A stretch of DNA of 64,000 nt from a virus (Duplodnaviria > Heunggongvirae > Uroviricota > Caudoviricetes). Shown here piece after piece: positions 9,478 to 19,369 of the stretch. Position 1 is the first letter of the stretch, and each line of letters opens with the position of its first letter. The DNA lies in IMG/VR virus record IMGVR_UViG_3300017655_000275; one strand, 5' to 3'. A model generated the notes under the pieces. That model had not been told where the DNA came from, did no database searches, and was given only the letters and a program-made list of their open reading frames with translations. Position numbers and translations under genes: made by a program.

Positions 9478-10282
9478 TACGGGCTGTGGAACAGGAACGT
9501 CTCGCAGCCCGTATTTCGTCGCGATTTTTCCCATGCATCGACCGGTTCGTCACCAGCGTCCTGGTGACGTCCAGATCTCCGGTCTCGATCCGCCGCCACT
9601 CCTCCGTCACGCGTTCAATTTTTCTGGAAAACCAAACCGGATCCTTCTCGATGGTCACGGCCCTGCGTCCCGTCCGCATGGCCGCGATCGCCGTTGTGCC
9701 GGACCCGCAGAATGGATCCAGGACCAGATCGCCAGGTTGGGAACTGTTCAGTATATATTCCATGAAGAGCTCGACCGGCTTTGCCGTCGGGTGCCAGTCT
9801 ATGTCCGGCCTTGAATGGAAGGCCGATTGCTTGGACCCGGGGAAATTGATGGTTCTTGCTTTCCCCTTGAAGAGATAGACCGTGTATTCGGTATCCTTCA
9901 TATACCAGCGGTTCCTGGTTGCGGTCTCTTTCCGCCAGGTCAGCAGGTTGTGAAGCCGAAATCCTGCCGCCGTGAATGCGGCATGGGCATTGAAGACCTC
10001 CTTGTCATTGGCCATGATATAGGCGTCCGCCCGATCCTTGCAGGCATCGAACATCGGGCCGGCCATCTCATCCCATCGAAGAAGGCGCATCAGCTTGCCG
10101 GAATTGTCATACCGGTCAGAAGAGAATTTTCCCTTCATGTGATCACCCTTCCGGCCGCCGGATGTCAGCTTGTAGGGCGGATCGCTCACCAGGAGATCCG
10201 CCATCCCCTTCAGGTCTGGAAGAACATCCCGGGAGTCGCCGAGTATGAGCCGGCATGGGCCAATCTGGACTTCCTTGCGCAC
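9449..10282 (-). CDS. Beta-class N6-adenine/N4-cytosine DNA methyltransferase, orphan
   Basis: SDPPY, then HPTAKP and LDPFCGSGTT; probable GTG start at 10282 behind GGGGGAAGG (ORF open to 10348). Confidence 0.9.
   Translation of the reverse strand: MRKEVQIGPCRLILGDSRDVLPDLKGMADLLVSDPPYKLTSGGRKGDHMKGKFSSDRYDNSGKLMRLLRWDEMAGPMFDACKDRADAYIMANDKEVFNAHAAFTAAGFRLHNLLTWRKETATRNRWYMKDTEYTVYLFKGKARTINFPGSKQSAFHSRPDIDWHPTAKPVELFMEYILNSSQPGDLVLDPFCGSGTTAIAAMRTGRRAVTIEKDPVWFSRKIERVTEEWRRIETGDLDVTRTLVTNRSMHGKNRDEIRAARRSCSTARIEDPPARRV
9476..9515 (+). terminator. Hairpin closing the mini-array transcript
   Basis: Perfect 11-bp stem AATACGGGCTG/CAGCCCGTATT directly after repeat 2. Confidence 0.55.
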
Positions 10283-10421
10283 GAACCTTCCCCCTGCATC
10301 GTCAGGGAGAAGGTAATCCGGCTTGCACCATAGCGAATAAATTCGCATTGGAATTATTCTGGTATCATGTGGATAACCAGGATGGCGGCCGATCGGTCAA
10401 CACGACCAGGCAGATGCGGCA

Positions 10422-11267
10422 TCAGGCGGTGAAAATTTCCTGTGCCAGACCACGTCCGTGCGCCTTAACGATCTTCCATGCCTTCGCAACCGTCCGGTGC
10501 TCACAGGAATCCAGCATCCAGCACCATTGGCTCACCTGACGGAGATATTTCTCAGAGCTGGAGGGCATGGTTTCGAATGCCTCTTCCAGTCCTTCGGCAC
10601 CTGGCCACAGAATGTCCATGAAGCCAGGGACAGAAAGTGCAAGACCGAGACCTGCAGGATCGAAGTCCGGAAAGACGACGACCCGCGGCTTGCAAGCGCG
10701 CAGGAATTCCTGACATGCACTTTCCGGAATCGTTGGGTCGCCCCTGTAGACGATGATGAACGTCCTGTAGCATGCAGGGATATCGAATGAGAGCCGGTCG
10801 AACCTCTCGAAGCTTTCCCAGTTCTCAACAGTGATCACCCCCTCTATTTCATAGGATGCAAGCTCCGATGGAAGCATCGATGCCCAGGTATTGCCGGGAA
10901 GCGTCAGCTTTCCAGCAGTCCCTTCAAGGGCCTGTCCGGTCTGCAAGCGAAATGCGACCCGCGGCTCACGGACGCGGGTTCGGGTCATTTTCTCATTGGA
11001 TATCCGGAGAGACAGGAAGCCTCGGCTTGAGTCGATTGGAATTGGCTTGTCTCCGATCTCATCGATCGTCCGCCGGCTCGCTTTGTTCATTTGCTCGACC
11101 AGGTTCTGGAGCCTGTCGCAGTCATCGGGCGACAGGTGGATTTTCTTGCCGGCCCGGGCCGGGATATCCGCCTGTCGCAACAACCTGGCCAACGGCTCGC
11201 CGCATTTGCCGACAAATCCCTGCTTCAGCGCCTTTGCTGCCTGGTTCAAAGCTGTGATCTGGTTCAT
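10422..11267 (-). CDS. jetD: Wadjet JetD/MksG-like TOPRIM nuclease
   Basis: ITVENWESF, IVYRGD, FPDFDPAGL (TOPRIM E and DxD); ATGA overlap with upstream gene. Confidence 0.75.
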   Translation of the reverse strand: MNQITALNQAAKALKQGFVGKCGEPLARLLRQADIPARAGKKIHLSPDDCDRLQNLVEQMNKASRRTIDEIGDKPIPIDSSRGFLSLRISNEKMTRTRVREPRVAFRLQTGQALEGTAGKLTLPGNTWASMLPSELASYEIEGVITVENWESFERFDRLSFDIPACYRTFIIVYRGDPTIPESACQEFLRACKPRVVVFPDFDPAGLGLALSVPGFMDILWPGAEGLEEAFETMPSSSEKYLRQVSQWCWMLDSCEHRTVAKAWKIVKAHGRGLAQEIFTA

Positions 11268-12442
11268 GCCGCCCTCCTGACTTCGATATCGCTCACCATG
11301 CTGGTGAACACCTGATCCAGCGGAGGCTGGAACGTGCAGTCGAAATGATCCGGCGAGGCCAGGACGTTCTGCAACACCAACTCGAATGCGACGTCCTTGT
11401 CCTCGCCATGTTCGAATGTCTCCAGCCATCTCCGGACGGAGAATTTCTCATTCCCGACATCCTTCCCGAACCTGTCGAGGATGATTTCAGCCGTGCTTTT
11501 GGGCAGATCCATGTGCCTTTCATCGAAGGGGACAGGGGTCAGGGCCTTGAGTGCCTTGCCCTTCGCGCGTTGCGGTTCCTTCGGTTGCATAGTTGCCGCA
11601 TGCCGGATCCTCGCGATCTCGAGTTCCTGATCGTTGGGATCGGTGATGACTCCGAAAGAAAATCTGGGAAGAATCGGAAAGAGTTCCGGATGCGCAAGAA
11701 CCGCTTCGACCATTTCAGTATGCGAAATCTCCCGCAACGCACGGCCGATCAGGCGCAGACGCCGTGTCCGCTCCATGATCTCGGTGTTTCTGGCCAGCAG
11801 GACCCGCAATTTCCCGATTACGGCGGTGAGACGGGCGCTGAGATGCGGGATGTAACGAGAAATCATCCGGTCATATTCGCGACGGACTTCGCGACAGCCG
11901 GACTCTGCCAGGTGATCGCGCAATGCGTGATCCTGAAGTTGCGAGATGCTTTCGTTCAAAGCGTTCGCACGATCGAAATAGAAGCGATTTCGGCGCAATC
12001 GCTGGTCGAGCGTGCGTGCTTCCTGAAAACCTGTGTGCAGATGCATCTCGAATTGCGCGAGTTGCATATCGAGGGCATCTCTGATCGACCAGATCAGGCC
12101 GTGAGCCTCCTCGATATGGTCGAGCCGGTCCTGTTCGTCCCCATCGCCGAAATCTGCCGAAATTTCTATCAGGAGCATGCGCAATGCGCCAAGATCCTCG
12201 ACAATTCCGGCCGCTGAGCCAAGCGCGCCACGGCGACCGACAGAACGATCCAGCATGTCGCGGCATGTCCGGCTGAGCCTGAACTTTCCTTCATCATCAC
12301 CGATGACGACCTGAATCGACCGGAGCTCTGCAAAAGCCCGCATGGTCGACTGATCGGCATAGACATGCCCTTCACGGTGGATCCTGTCGAGCAGATCACC
12401 ATATTTTGCGCCGATGCTGAAGAATTTCGCAACATCAATCAT
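11264..12442 (-). CDS. jetA: Wadjet JetA/MksF-like kleisin subunit
   Basis: Helical 392-aa protein with N-terminal wHTH-like FRLS segment; assigned mainly from operon position. Confidence 0.55.
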   Translation of the reverse strand: MIDVAKFFSIGAKYGDLLDRIHREGHVYADQSTMRAFAELRSIQVVIGDDEGKFRLSRTCRDMLDRSVGRRGALGSAAGIVEDLGALRMLLIEISADFGDGDEQDRLDHIEEAHGLIWSIRDALDMQLAQFEMHLHTGFQEARTLDQRLRRNRFYFDRANALNESISQLQDHALRDHLAESGCREVRREYDRMISRYIPHLSARLTAVIGKLRVLLARNTEIMERTRRLRLIGRALREISHTEMVEAVLAHPELFPILPRFSFGVITDPNDQELEIARIRHAATMQPKEPQRAKGKALKALTPVPFDERHMDLPKSTAEIILDRFGKDVGNEKFSVRRWLETFEHGEDKDVAFELVLQNVLASPDHFDCTFQPPLDQVFTSMVSDIEVRRAA

Positions 12443-13068
12443 GAGAACAGGTCTCCCTGGATCTCGGTCTCGATTTCGCCGACGCGCTCGGTCAACCTGG
12501 GAATGTGGGCAAGGAACTGTTCGAGATTATCGAAAGCATAGTCCACCTTGCCGCTGACCACGTATTCTTCCCGGGCGGCGTTCAGCTCCACCAGATAGCC
12601 GTCATCCGCAAATTTCCGGAGAACCCGGCTTGCGGCTTGTGCATGGGTATCAGGTCGAAGGCCGAAACTGTCGGCCAGGAGCATGAGCTTTTCACCCAGC
12701 GAGGAGTGATCCTCGATTGCGGCAACAATCCTGCCCGCGGAGATGACGAGCCCCATTTCAAGGGGCGGCGATGCCTTGTCGACATCCTGCCAGAACTCCG
12801 AAAATGCCAGAATTCTGTTTGTCCCTTCTACGATGTCACGGGCTTCGCTGCGCAGAAGGACTTCACCTTCACGCTGCGAGGCCGGTGTCGCAAAGAACGT
12901 GCGCTTGCTCGAGGTTACGCCCAGCCTCAGGCCGATGCGGCTGAGGGTGACCTCGAGCATGTCGCCACGATCGGGATCCGTGAGATAACCATGAAGATCT
13001 CCGGCCGAATAGCGGCAGATCGTCTGTTTCGACAGAAGTGCCTGGAGAGTGCGTGCCAGAATGTCCAT
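12439..13068 (-). CDS. jetB: Wadjet JetB/MksE-like KITE subunit
   Basis: 209 aa, tandem wHTH-like pattern (LRKFADDGYL...YVVSGKVDY); coupled to the SMC gene. Confidence 0.65.
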   Translation of the reverse strand: MDILARTLQALLSKQTICRYSAGDLHGYLTDPDRGDMLEVTLSRIGLRLGVTSSKRTFFATPASQREGEVLLRSEARDIVEGTNRILAFSEFWQDVDKASPPLEMGLVISAGRIVAAIEDHSSLGEKLMLLADSFGLRPDTHAQAASRVLRKFADDGYLVELNAAREEYVVSGKVDYAFDNLEQFLAHIPRLTERVGEIETEIQGDLFS

Positions 13069-16000
13069 CAGTTCACCTCCGGATAGACGAGTTCACCGGT
13101 ATCAGTCCACTCACGGACGGCGCGGCGCATGATGCCGCTATTGTCGGACCGCAGAATCTGCGCGCCATTCTTGTCGGGACGAGCCGTAATGCTCAGCCGG
13201 TTCTGGAACGCCTTCATGACTTCGATATCCATATTGGGGGCGCCGGTTACCAGGCGGATGCCATTATCCCCCAGCATCCTGACGAGATTGGTCCCGTTGT
13301 TGCGGTCCAGCCGGCCGAATTCATCGACACACCAGGTGAAGATGACATTGCTGCCCGATCTCATGATGGTGATCGCCGCGGTAAGAATGATCAGACGGAT
13401 GATGCTCGATCCGCCTTCCGATGACAGGTCCTCGATCTTGGTATCGCGGCTCATGCGCCAGGTCTGACGACCCTCGGTCACAGTTCCTTCGAGATACATC
13501 ATCTCGCGGATGTTGATCGTCGGCGCGCCACCATCGCTCCAATGCTCGAACAGCATGGCCATGGCGTCGACCAGTTCGTCCGGCGCCGAAGTTGCGATCT
13601 CCCTTTCCCAGAGCCCGAAGAGTTCATCGAAGCGTTGGAGATCGGCCCAGAAAGGCTGTGCTGAAATCCTCGACCGGACATGCAGGTCGATGTCGGTGAT
13701 GCCGGGAAAACGGACATTGGACCGGATGGCATCACGCAGGCGGCGGTTCAGCGTGGAAATCTCTCGATCCGCATCGCTCAGGTCAATGTAGAACTTCCTG
13801 ATAGGATGGCACATCGCGCGGAGCTCCAGTCGGAGCCCCTCACTGACCTCGACATGCCGTTCGTTATACCAGGATGCGAAGATGGGGAGCCACTTCAGGC
13901 TTGCGGCGGCGCTTCCCGATTTCGCCATTCCGTCCTGCATGAAGTCATGGATCACGCCACGCTTCTGGAGAAAGCGGCTCTGCAGGGCACCGAGGTCGTC
14001 GATGATCGTTCGGGTGAGCGATTTCCGCTGGACGTCGAGAGACCTGATCGACGTGATGATGGCTTCAGGCGTTTCGATCACCTGCTCATCTGCCTGGGCT
14101 TCCACGCGATATCCGAAACTCTTGCCGTTCTCGATTTCCTTGACGCAGGTCTCATGGGCCCGAGCGGTGGCTGCGATCCGTTTCACGAGCTTTTCGATCT
14201 TGGCTTCATGCGCTGCAACCGCCGCCTTGAATGTCGCCTTGCGATCGGCGAGGCGATCCTCATCCATGCGGATCTGCTGTTCAGCAGCTGAAATGCGGGC
14301 GGGCAGGGAATCGAGCTTCGGCTTTTGCTTGCCGAGGAACCAGTTCCATTCCGCAAGCATCTCCGACAGCGCCTCGTTGGCGGAGATGCGGCCGGCCAGT
14401 TCGTCACGTTCCGCCGAGAGGCTTCTGATGCGCTCCGGGTCCGCGCCTTTTTCCGAAAGAGCCGCGGCCAGATCGGTCTTGTTCCGTGCAATGTCCTTCC
14501 GGAAGTTCTCGCGAACAGACTGGCGTTGCGCCTCGATGCTTTCCTGCTCCATCCGGAACGCAGCGTTTGCCTCCGTCATTCGGACCGCAAGCCCATCCAT
14601 CAGAGACTTGATCCTGGTCTTCAGGTCGGCCTCATGAATCCGCGCGTTCTCATGGTGTCGCTGAAGCTCACGGCTTGCCTCGGCCATCCTGGCATCGACA
14701 TCCTTCCTGCGGTTGGCAACACTCTCCTGAACGGCCTCTTCCGCAAGCTGAAGTTCTTCGCGACGGCGATCGCGAGACTGGGTGGCGAGTTGGAGCTCCG
14801 TTTCCAGCCTGGTTTGTTCCTTGCTGGAGTTCCGATACAGCGCCGCAGCTTTTTCCAGCGCCTTGCGGTCGGTGGAAACCATGGCTTTTGCCGCTTTGAC
14901 CGCTTCATGAGCGGATTCAACGGCGGCTTCCAGCTTTTCCCGGTCGGCAAATTCCGGCAGGTCGATCTTCTCGATATCGATAGCTACGCCGTAGATGCTC
15001 TGGCCATCGGCCAGGCGCGGGGAGAGATCGCGACGACGCAGGAGTTCAGGATGAACCAGCCGGCCGATCGAGGTCCCCCAATCCGGGTGGTTCTTCGAAA
15101 GCCAGGCATGGAAGCTTCCATCTTCGGGGCTCAGACGCTGAACCAGTCTTGCATGACGGGCGACAGCCTCCACCTCATTAGCCTGCGATTTCAGGACTTC
15201 CCGCTCGATCTCCGAGAGGGCGTCCTTCGCCTTTCCGGTTTCAACTCGCGATTTTTCACACGAGGCGGCAGCGGTGCGCAGGGTTGCGTCTGCAGCGATC
15301 AATGCTGTTTTGGCGCGTTCCTGTGCAAGAATGACATCGGAATCCGCGGTAATGGCCAAGGCTTCCCGCGACAGGGCGTCACGCAACTGGTCGACCTTGA
15401 CGATTTCGGCATTGATCTCAGAGGATCGGATTTCTGCCTGCTCCCGGGCATGGGCCTCAGCCGCCGCGGCTTCTGCGCGAGTGCCGTCAGCGATTTTTCG
15501 CAGCCTTTCCTCATTGATGGAATTGGCCTCGGCCAGTTCCGCCTCCCGCTTGTGAAATGCGTCTTTCAGCCGGTCCGAGTTGCGCTCGAAAGCATTGACG
15601 ATGCTTTTGCCATTGCCATTGAGCGCTTCGAGTGTCGCTTCGGTTCGTGCCAGGGCGCTCCGCAATGAGGGAAGCTCGGATTTGGCCTGCTGGGCCTTGT
15701 CCGCGCCTTTCGAAAGAAGAATACGCTCTTGTTCCCTCAGATCCGAGATCTCCCCGTTCATGGAAAGGAGGCCACCCTCGGTTTTGCCGATCCGTTCGCT
15801 GATGATCGCGATTTCGGTTTCGGATGCGGATTTGCTGTCCTTCCAGGCATCCGTCGTCTTCGACTTCTCATCTTCAAGGTCAATCAGTTCTCGCGCAAGA
15901 CGCAGCTCCGCCCCCGCCAGGCGGTCGTATTCCGAGGCGATGCCATCCTCTACGACCGTGAGGTTCACCGCCTTCTTCTCGGTTTCCCGAAATGACGGTT

Positions 16001-16802
16001 CGTGTTCCATGACCGATCGGTAGGCCCGGAACTGTTCAGGATACTCCCTGCGCGTCTTCGATTTCGCATCAACGAGATGAATAATGCCCTTCTTGCCGGC
16101 ATCATCGTCTGAATCGATGATCTGGCGGGCAAGAATCCCCAGGAGGTCGTTGATCGAGAAGCTGTTCTGGAGCGTGGTGATCGCCAGGCGATCGATCCCA
16201 ATCAAAGGGTTCTTCAGGCTCCCAAGACCGAATTCGGCAATCATGCCTTGCAGGAAGGACCTGTCCTTGGGGGAGTCCGTATCGATGAACCCCTGGATGA
16301 TTCCGCGATACTCTCGGTTGACCTCGATCAGACGCTCGGCCGGCTGATAGCCCAGTCGCCGCGCATGACGTTCAAAATCCTGAGCACGGACCCACTCGCG
16401 TTCTCCATCTTCGTTTTCGCGAAGGAACAGCTCCGCAGAAAGACCCGATCGCAGGAACCGATACTGGACCTCCGTGCGGGATGGGTTGGAATGCATGACC
16501 ACAGATCGCACATCGCCGCGGGCATTACGATATTCGAATGCGATATAGGATTCCTCGCGCGGCAAGTAGAAGTTGATGAAGTTCAGTCGCTCCCGACTGG
16601 AGACGATCTGGCTCTTCCTGGCGCCCAGAAAGAACGGCGTCAGGCTCATCAGCGAGGTCTTTCCTGCCTGGTTATGGGCAATGAGCGCCGTGTGCTCGTC
16701 GAGGGGGAGTTCCTCGATCCGCCCTTCCATGAGCGTGAAGTTGACCACAAGCATGCGGATGAGGCCCGGCATGACGCGCGCGCCCGTCTCGATATCAGTC
16801 AT
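13068..16802 (-). CDS. jetC: SMC-like ATPase JetC/MksB (DUF3584-like)
   Basis: N-terminal Walker A AHNQAGKT, long coiled coil, signature LSSEGG, Walker B WCVDEFGRLD. Confidence 0.85.
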   Translation of the reverse strand: MTDIETGARVMPGLIRMLVVNFTLMEGRIEELPLDEHTALIAHNQAGKTSLMSLTPFFLGARKSQIVSSRERLNFINFYLPREESYIAFEYRNARGDVRSVVMHSNPSRTEVQYRFLRSGLSAELFLRENEDGEREWVRAQDFERHARRLGYQPAERLIEVNREYRGIIQGFIDTDSPKDRSFLQGMIAEFGLGSLKNPLIGIDRLAITTLQNSFSINDLLGILARQIIDSDDDAGKKGIIHLVDAKSKTRREYPEQFRAYRSVMEHEPSFRETEKKAVNLTVVEDGIASEYDRLAGAELRLARELIDLEDEKSKTTDAWKDSKSASETEIAIISERIGKTEGGLLSMNGEISDLREQERILLSKGADKAQQAKSELPSLRSALARTEATLEALNGNGKSIVNAFERNSDRLKDAFHKREAELAEANSINEERLRKIADGTRAEAAAAEAHAREQAEIRSSEINAEIVKVDQLRDALSREALAITADSDVILAQERAKTALIAADATLRTAAASCEKSRVETGKAKDALSEIEREVLKSQANEVEAVARHARLVQRLSPEDGSFHAWLSKNHPDWGTSIGRLVHPELLRRRDLSPRLADGQSIYGVAIDIEKIDLPEFADREKLEAAVESAHEAVKAAKAMVSTDRKALEKAAALYRNSSKEQTRLETELQLATQSRDRRREELQLAEEAVQESVANRRKDVDARMAEASRELQRHHENARIHEADLKTRIKSLMDGLAVRMTEANAAFRMEQESIEAQRQSVRENFRKDIARNKTDLAAALSEKGADPERIRSLSAERDELAGRISANEALSEMLAEWNWFLGKQKPKLDSLPARISAAEQQIRMDEDRLADRKATFKAAVAAHEAKIEKLVKRIAATARAHETCVKEIENGKSFGYRVEAQADEQVIETPEAIITSIRSLDVQRKSLTRTIIDDLGALQSRFLQKRGVIHDFMQDGMAKSGSAAASLKWLPIFASWYNERHVEVSEGLRLELRAMCHPIRKFYIDLSDADREISTLNRRLRDAIRSNVRFPGITDIDLHVRSRISAQPFWADLQRFDELFGLWEREIATSAPDELVDAMAMLFEHWSDGGAPTINIREMMYLEGTVTEGRQTWRMSRDTKIEDLSSEGGSSIIRLIILTAAITIMRSGSNVIFTWCVDEFGRLDRNNGTNLVRMLGDNGIRLVTGAPNMDIEVMKAFQNRLSITARPDKNGAQILRSDNSGIMRRAVREWTDTGELVYPEVN

Positions 16803-16927
16803 CCAATCGTTTTCCCTATCGTGGAATTTGTCCCATTCTAGCAGGCGGCCCTTACGACTTAAAGCATTTTCGCATGGACTATTCCTGGTGGAGCAGGTAG
16901 CTTCGCCAGATGCCGAAGGAGGAACCC

Positions 16928-17611
16928 ATGATGAAAATCAGCTGGCCTTGGAAGCGCCGCAACGGACAGCAAGTATCTGGATTTCCGATGACGTCCGTGA
17001 ACGGTTTTACAAGACGCCTGCAGGTGAGTATCGAAGACAGGGAGCAAAGAGCCAGGCATTTCGCCGACTTCGTGTTCCTGCCGGACGGTAAGGTGATGCG
17101 ATTCCCGGATGGCGCCGATATCGAGATTGCCATCGCGCTGGCCGAGCCTGCACCTGTGAAATATAGGACGCGAGGAAAACCCGGTCATGGTGAGAAAGCG
17201 GTGCTCTTCCGCCTTGGAGAGGGCGGTGCGCTGACCGGACCATGTTTCTGGAAAAGAACCACAATCATGGATAGTCGCGCTGACAGGTTCAGCCGGTTCG
17301 TTCTCGGGAAAATCCATACCATCATCGGGCTATCAACGGCCTCTACTGTGTTTTTCGCAACTCTCATCCAGGGGTTCGGTATGGATATGGCCAGAATTCC
17401 GGCGCTTCTCTCCATCTTCGCCCTTTTCCTGGCCGTATTGATCTGGGTGAGGGAAATCCTGCAGAACGAGGAGGCGGCCAAGCCGGTCATGATGATGCCC
17501 GGATGGTGGGTCCTCGCCTATTCACAAAACCTCCGGGAGCAACTGGCACGCGGCATTGCCCGTGATGCAGGTGATGAAAGGAGCCATGCAGGGCAGGCAT
17601 GGGAGACCTGA
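16928..17611 (+). CDS. Hypothetical membrane protein
   Basis: AGGAGG RBS; two or three hydrophobic segments in the C-terminal half. Confidence 0.7.
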   Translation: MMKISWPWKRRNGQQVSGFPMTSVNGFTRRLQVSIEDREQRARHFADFVFLPDGKVMRFPDGADIEIAIALAEPAPVKYRTRGKPGHGEKAVLFRLGEGGALTGPCFWKRTTIMDSRADRFSRFVLGKIHTIIGLSTASTVFFATLIQGFGMDMARIPALLSIFALFLAVLIWVREILQNEEAAKPVMMMPGWWVLAYSQNLREQLARGIARDAGDERSHAGQAWET

Positions 17612-17706
17612 AAACCCAGAACTGGTTTTCGCATGGATAGTCCCCTATATTCTGCGGTGCAGCATGGCTGGATCGTCCTGCCAGCAGTCGTTTTCAGGAG
17701 AGAAAC

Positions 17707-17940
17707 ATGTCCGCCGTTTCCGCATTCGACGCGGTCCATCCACCAAGCATGAAGCACCCCTCGCTTCTGCGTCGGATCTTTGCCAGCTTCGTTGCCGCCA
17801 AGGCCGCCCGCGACACGGCGGATGCGCTTTACCGACTGTCCGATCGGGAACTCGACGATATCGGACTGACGCGCGGCGATATCCCCGCCAGGGCCATCAA
17901 GTCGAGCGAGCAGACCTACATGAGCATGATCGGGCGCTGA
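17707..17940 (+). CDS. DUF1127 (YjiS-like) small protein
   Basis: LYRLSDRELDDIGLTRGDI signature. Confidence 0.9.
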   Translation: MSAVSAFDAVHPPSMKHPSLLRRIFASFVAAKAARDTADALYRLSDRELDDIGLTRGDIPARAIKSSEQTYMSMIGR

Positions 17941-17960
17941 TCCGAGACCCAATTTGCGAA

Positions 17961-17995
17961 AAGGCCGGAACTGTGTTCCGGCCCTTCTTTTTTTT
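17961..17995 (+). terminator. Rho-independent terminator
   Basis: AAGGCCGGAA-ctgtg-TTCCGGCCCTT followed by a T run. Confidence 0.85.
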
Positions 17996-18018
17996 GCAGA
18001 CTTTTCAAGAAGCATGGG

Positions 18019-18648
18019 CTACATGATCATCTCGATCGCGGCAGCGCAGGTTTCCCTGTTATCCCACAGTTCCGCAAGGGAGCCGTTCTTCGGTGGCAGG
18101 ATGCCACCTGGATGATATTCACAGATCGCCCTTCCTTCCCTGGAAACCGAGATCCATTCACTGGAAGGCCCCACCCTTGATATCTCGATTTTCGGAATGT
18201 CCTCCGGCGGGATGGAGGAAGGCTTCACATCCCTGATCATCTCCAGGACCAGCCGAAAGGAGCCACAGCTGGCTTCTCCATAAGGCAGGAGTTGGGCTGG
18301 CAGCGTCCTTCCAGGCGCCAGGTAGACGCGGCCATCAAGGCGGCACAGGAAGCCTGTGTCGGCAAGCTCGAAGGTGGTTTCATCATGGAAATCACGCCGC
18401 ATGACGAGATCGAGGTCATTCATTGATATGACCTTGAATTTCCGGATGTCACCCCGCCTTTCCTTGACTGCCAGGGCGCTCTGTTCCTTTTGCCTGGCTT
18501 CGACGATGGCCTCTTTTCGTGCATCCGTCTGATCCAGTGCTCCGGCAAGCATCATCGCCATGAAGGCGCCACCGATCAGGGTGATCGCAAGCGGAGAACC
18601 TTGCCGATCCTTGACCTCTTCGTGATAACCGCGTCTCGCCATGACCAT
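18019..18648 (-). CDS. Hypothetical protein with N-terminal membrane anchor
   Basis: Start MVMARR behind GGAAAGGAG; hydrophobic LAITLIGGAFMAMMLAGAL. Confidence 0.65.
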   Translation of the reverse strand: MVMARRGYHEEVKDRQGSPLAITLIGGAFMAMMLAGALDQTDARKEAIVEARQKEQSALAVKERRGDIRKFKVISMNDLDLVMRRDFHDETTFELADTGFLCRLDGRVYLAPGRTLPAQLLPYGEASCGSFRLVLEMIRDVKPSSIPPEDIPKIEISRVGPSSEWISVSREGRAICEYHPGGILPPKNGSLAELWDNRETCAAAIEMIM

Positions 18649-18838
18649 CTCCTTTCCCTCATTATACAATTTCGCATGATTATTCCTATCGGAAAACTTT
18701 CCGGAGTTCTCAACTTTGCATGGATAACGGCAATTGCCTCCGCTAAGGAGGTGAGGGCCGGAAACTCCGGCTTTAGATGGTCCAGAATTGGCAGGCAGGG
18801 CATCATCAGCCTGACTTCCGTAATGATCGAGGTGAACC

Positions 18839-19342
18839 ATGGATGCAGCCGTGCTCACAGATCCCGTGAGGGACTGGCTTCCTGTAGAAACATATCCAGG
18901 ATACAGACCAGGCCTTCCCGATGTCGTTCTTGCCCGGTTGCCTGGCTGGCTCGCGGGCATGGCGGGTCAGGACTTCAAGAGCTGGATCCTCGAAAACCAC
19001 AAGGAAAAGGCTCTTCTGGAGGCGAGACTGGGTGAGATCTTGCCCATAACGGAAAACGGATCCCTGGATTTCATCAGAGGTCCGGATTCGGCCGTCCGCA
19101 AACCGGGGAAGGGCGCGAGCAACACTGATATTGTCGCTGCACTCTACTCGCCTCCCCGGGACGGCTGGCCCTACCTCCTTCTCTTCAGCTGGCCATTCGT
19201 CAATCCGGACGCGGAGCGGGGACGATACACCTGGGAAGTTTTCGCCGAATCCCAGGAAGCTTTCGACTTTGCATCGGAGATGTGCAAGAAGATCGGACTG
19301 CCGATAGAGATCGGAACGCCGGACGATCTGGTCAGGCAATGA
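18839..19342 (+). CDS. Hypothetical protein, 167 aa
   Basis: GAGGTG RBS; ORF fills the gap between convergent genes. Confidence 0.65.
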   Translation: MDAAVLTDPVRDWLPVETYPGYRPGLPDVVLARLPGWLAGMAGQDFKSWILENHKEKALLEARLGEILPITENGSLDFIRGPDSAVRKPGKGASNTDIVAALYSPPRDGWPYLLLFSWPFVNPDAERGRYTWEVFAESQEAFDFASEMCKKIGLPIEIGTPDDLVRQ

Positions 19343-19369
19343 TCGATCGGGATCTAGCCTGTCCTTGAT

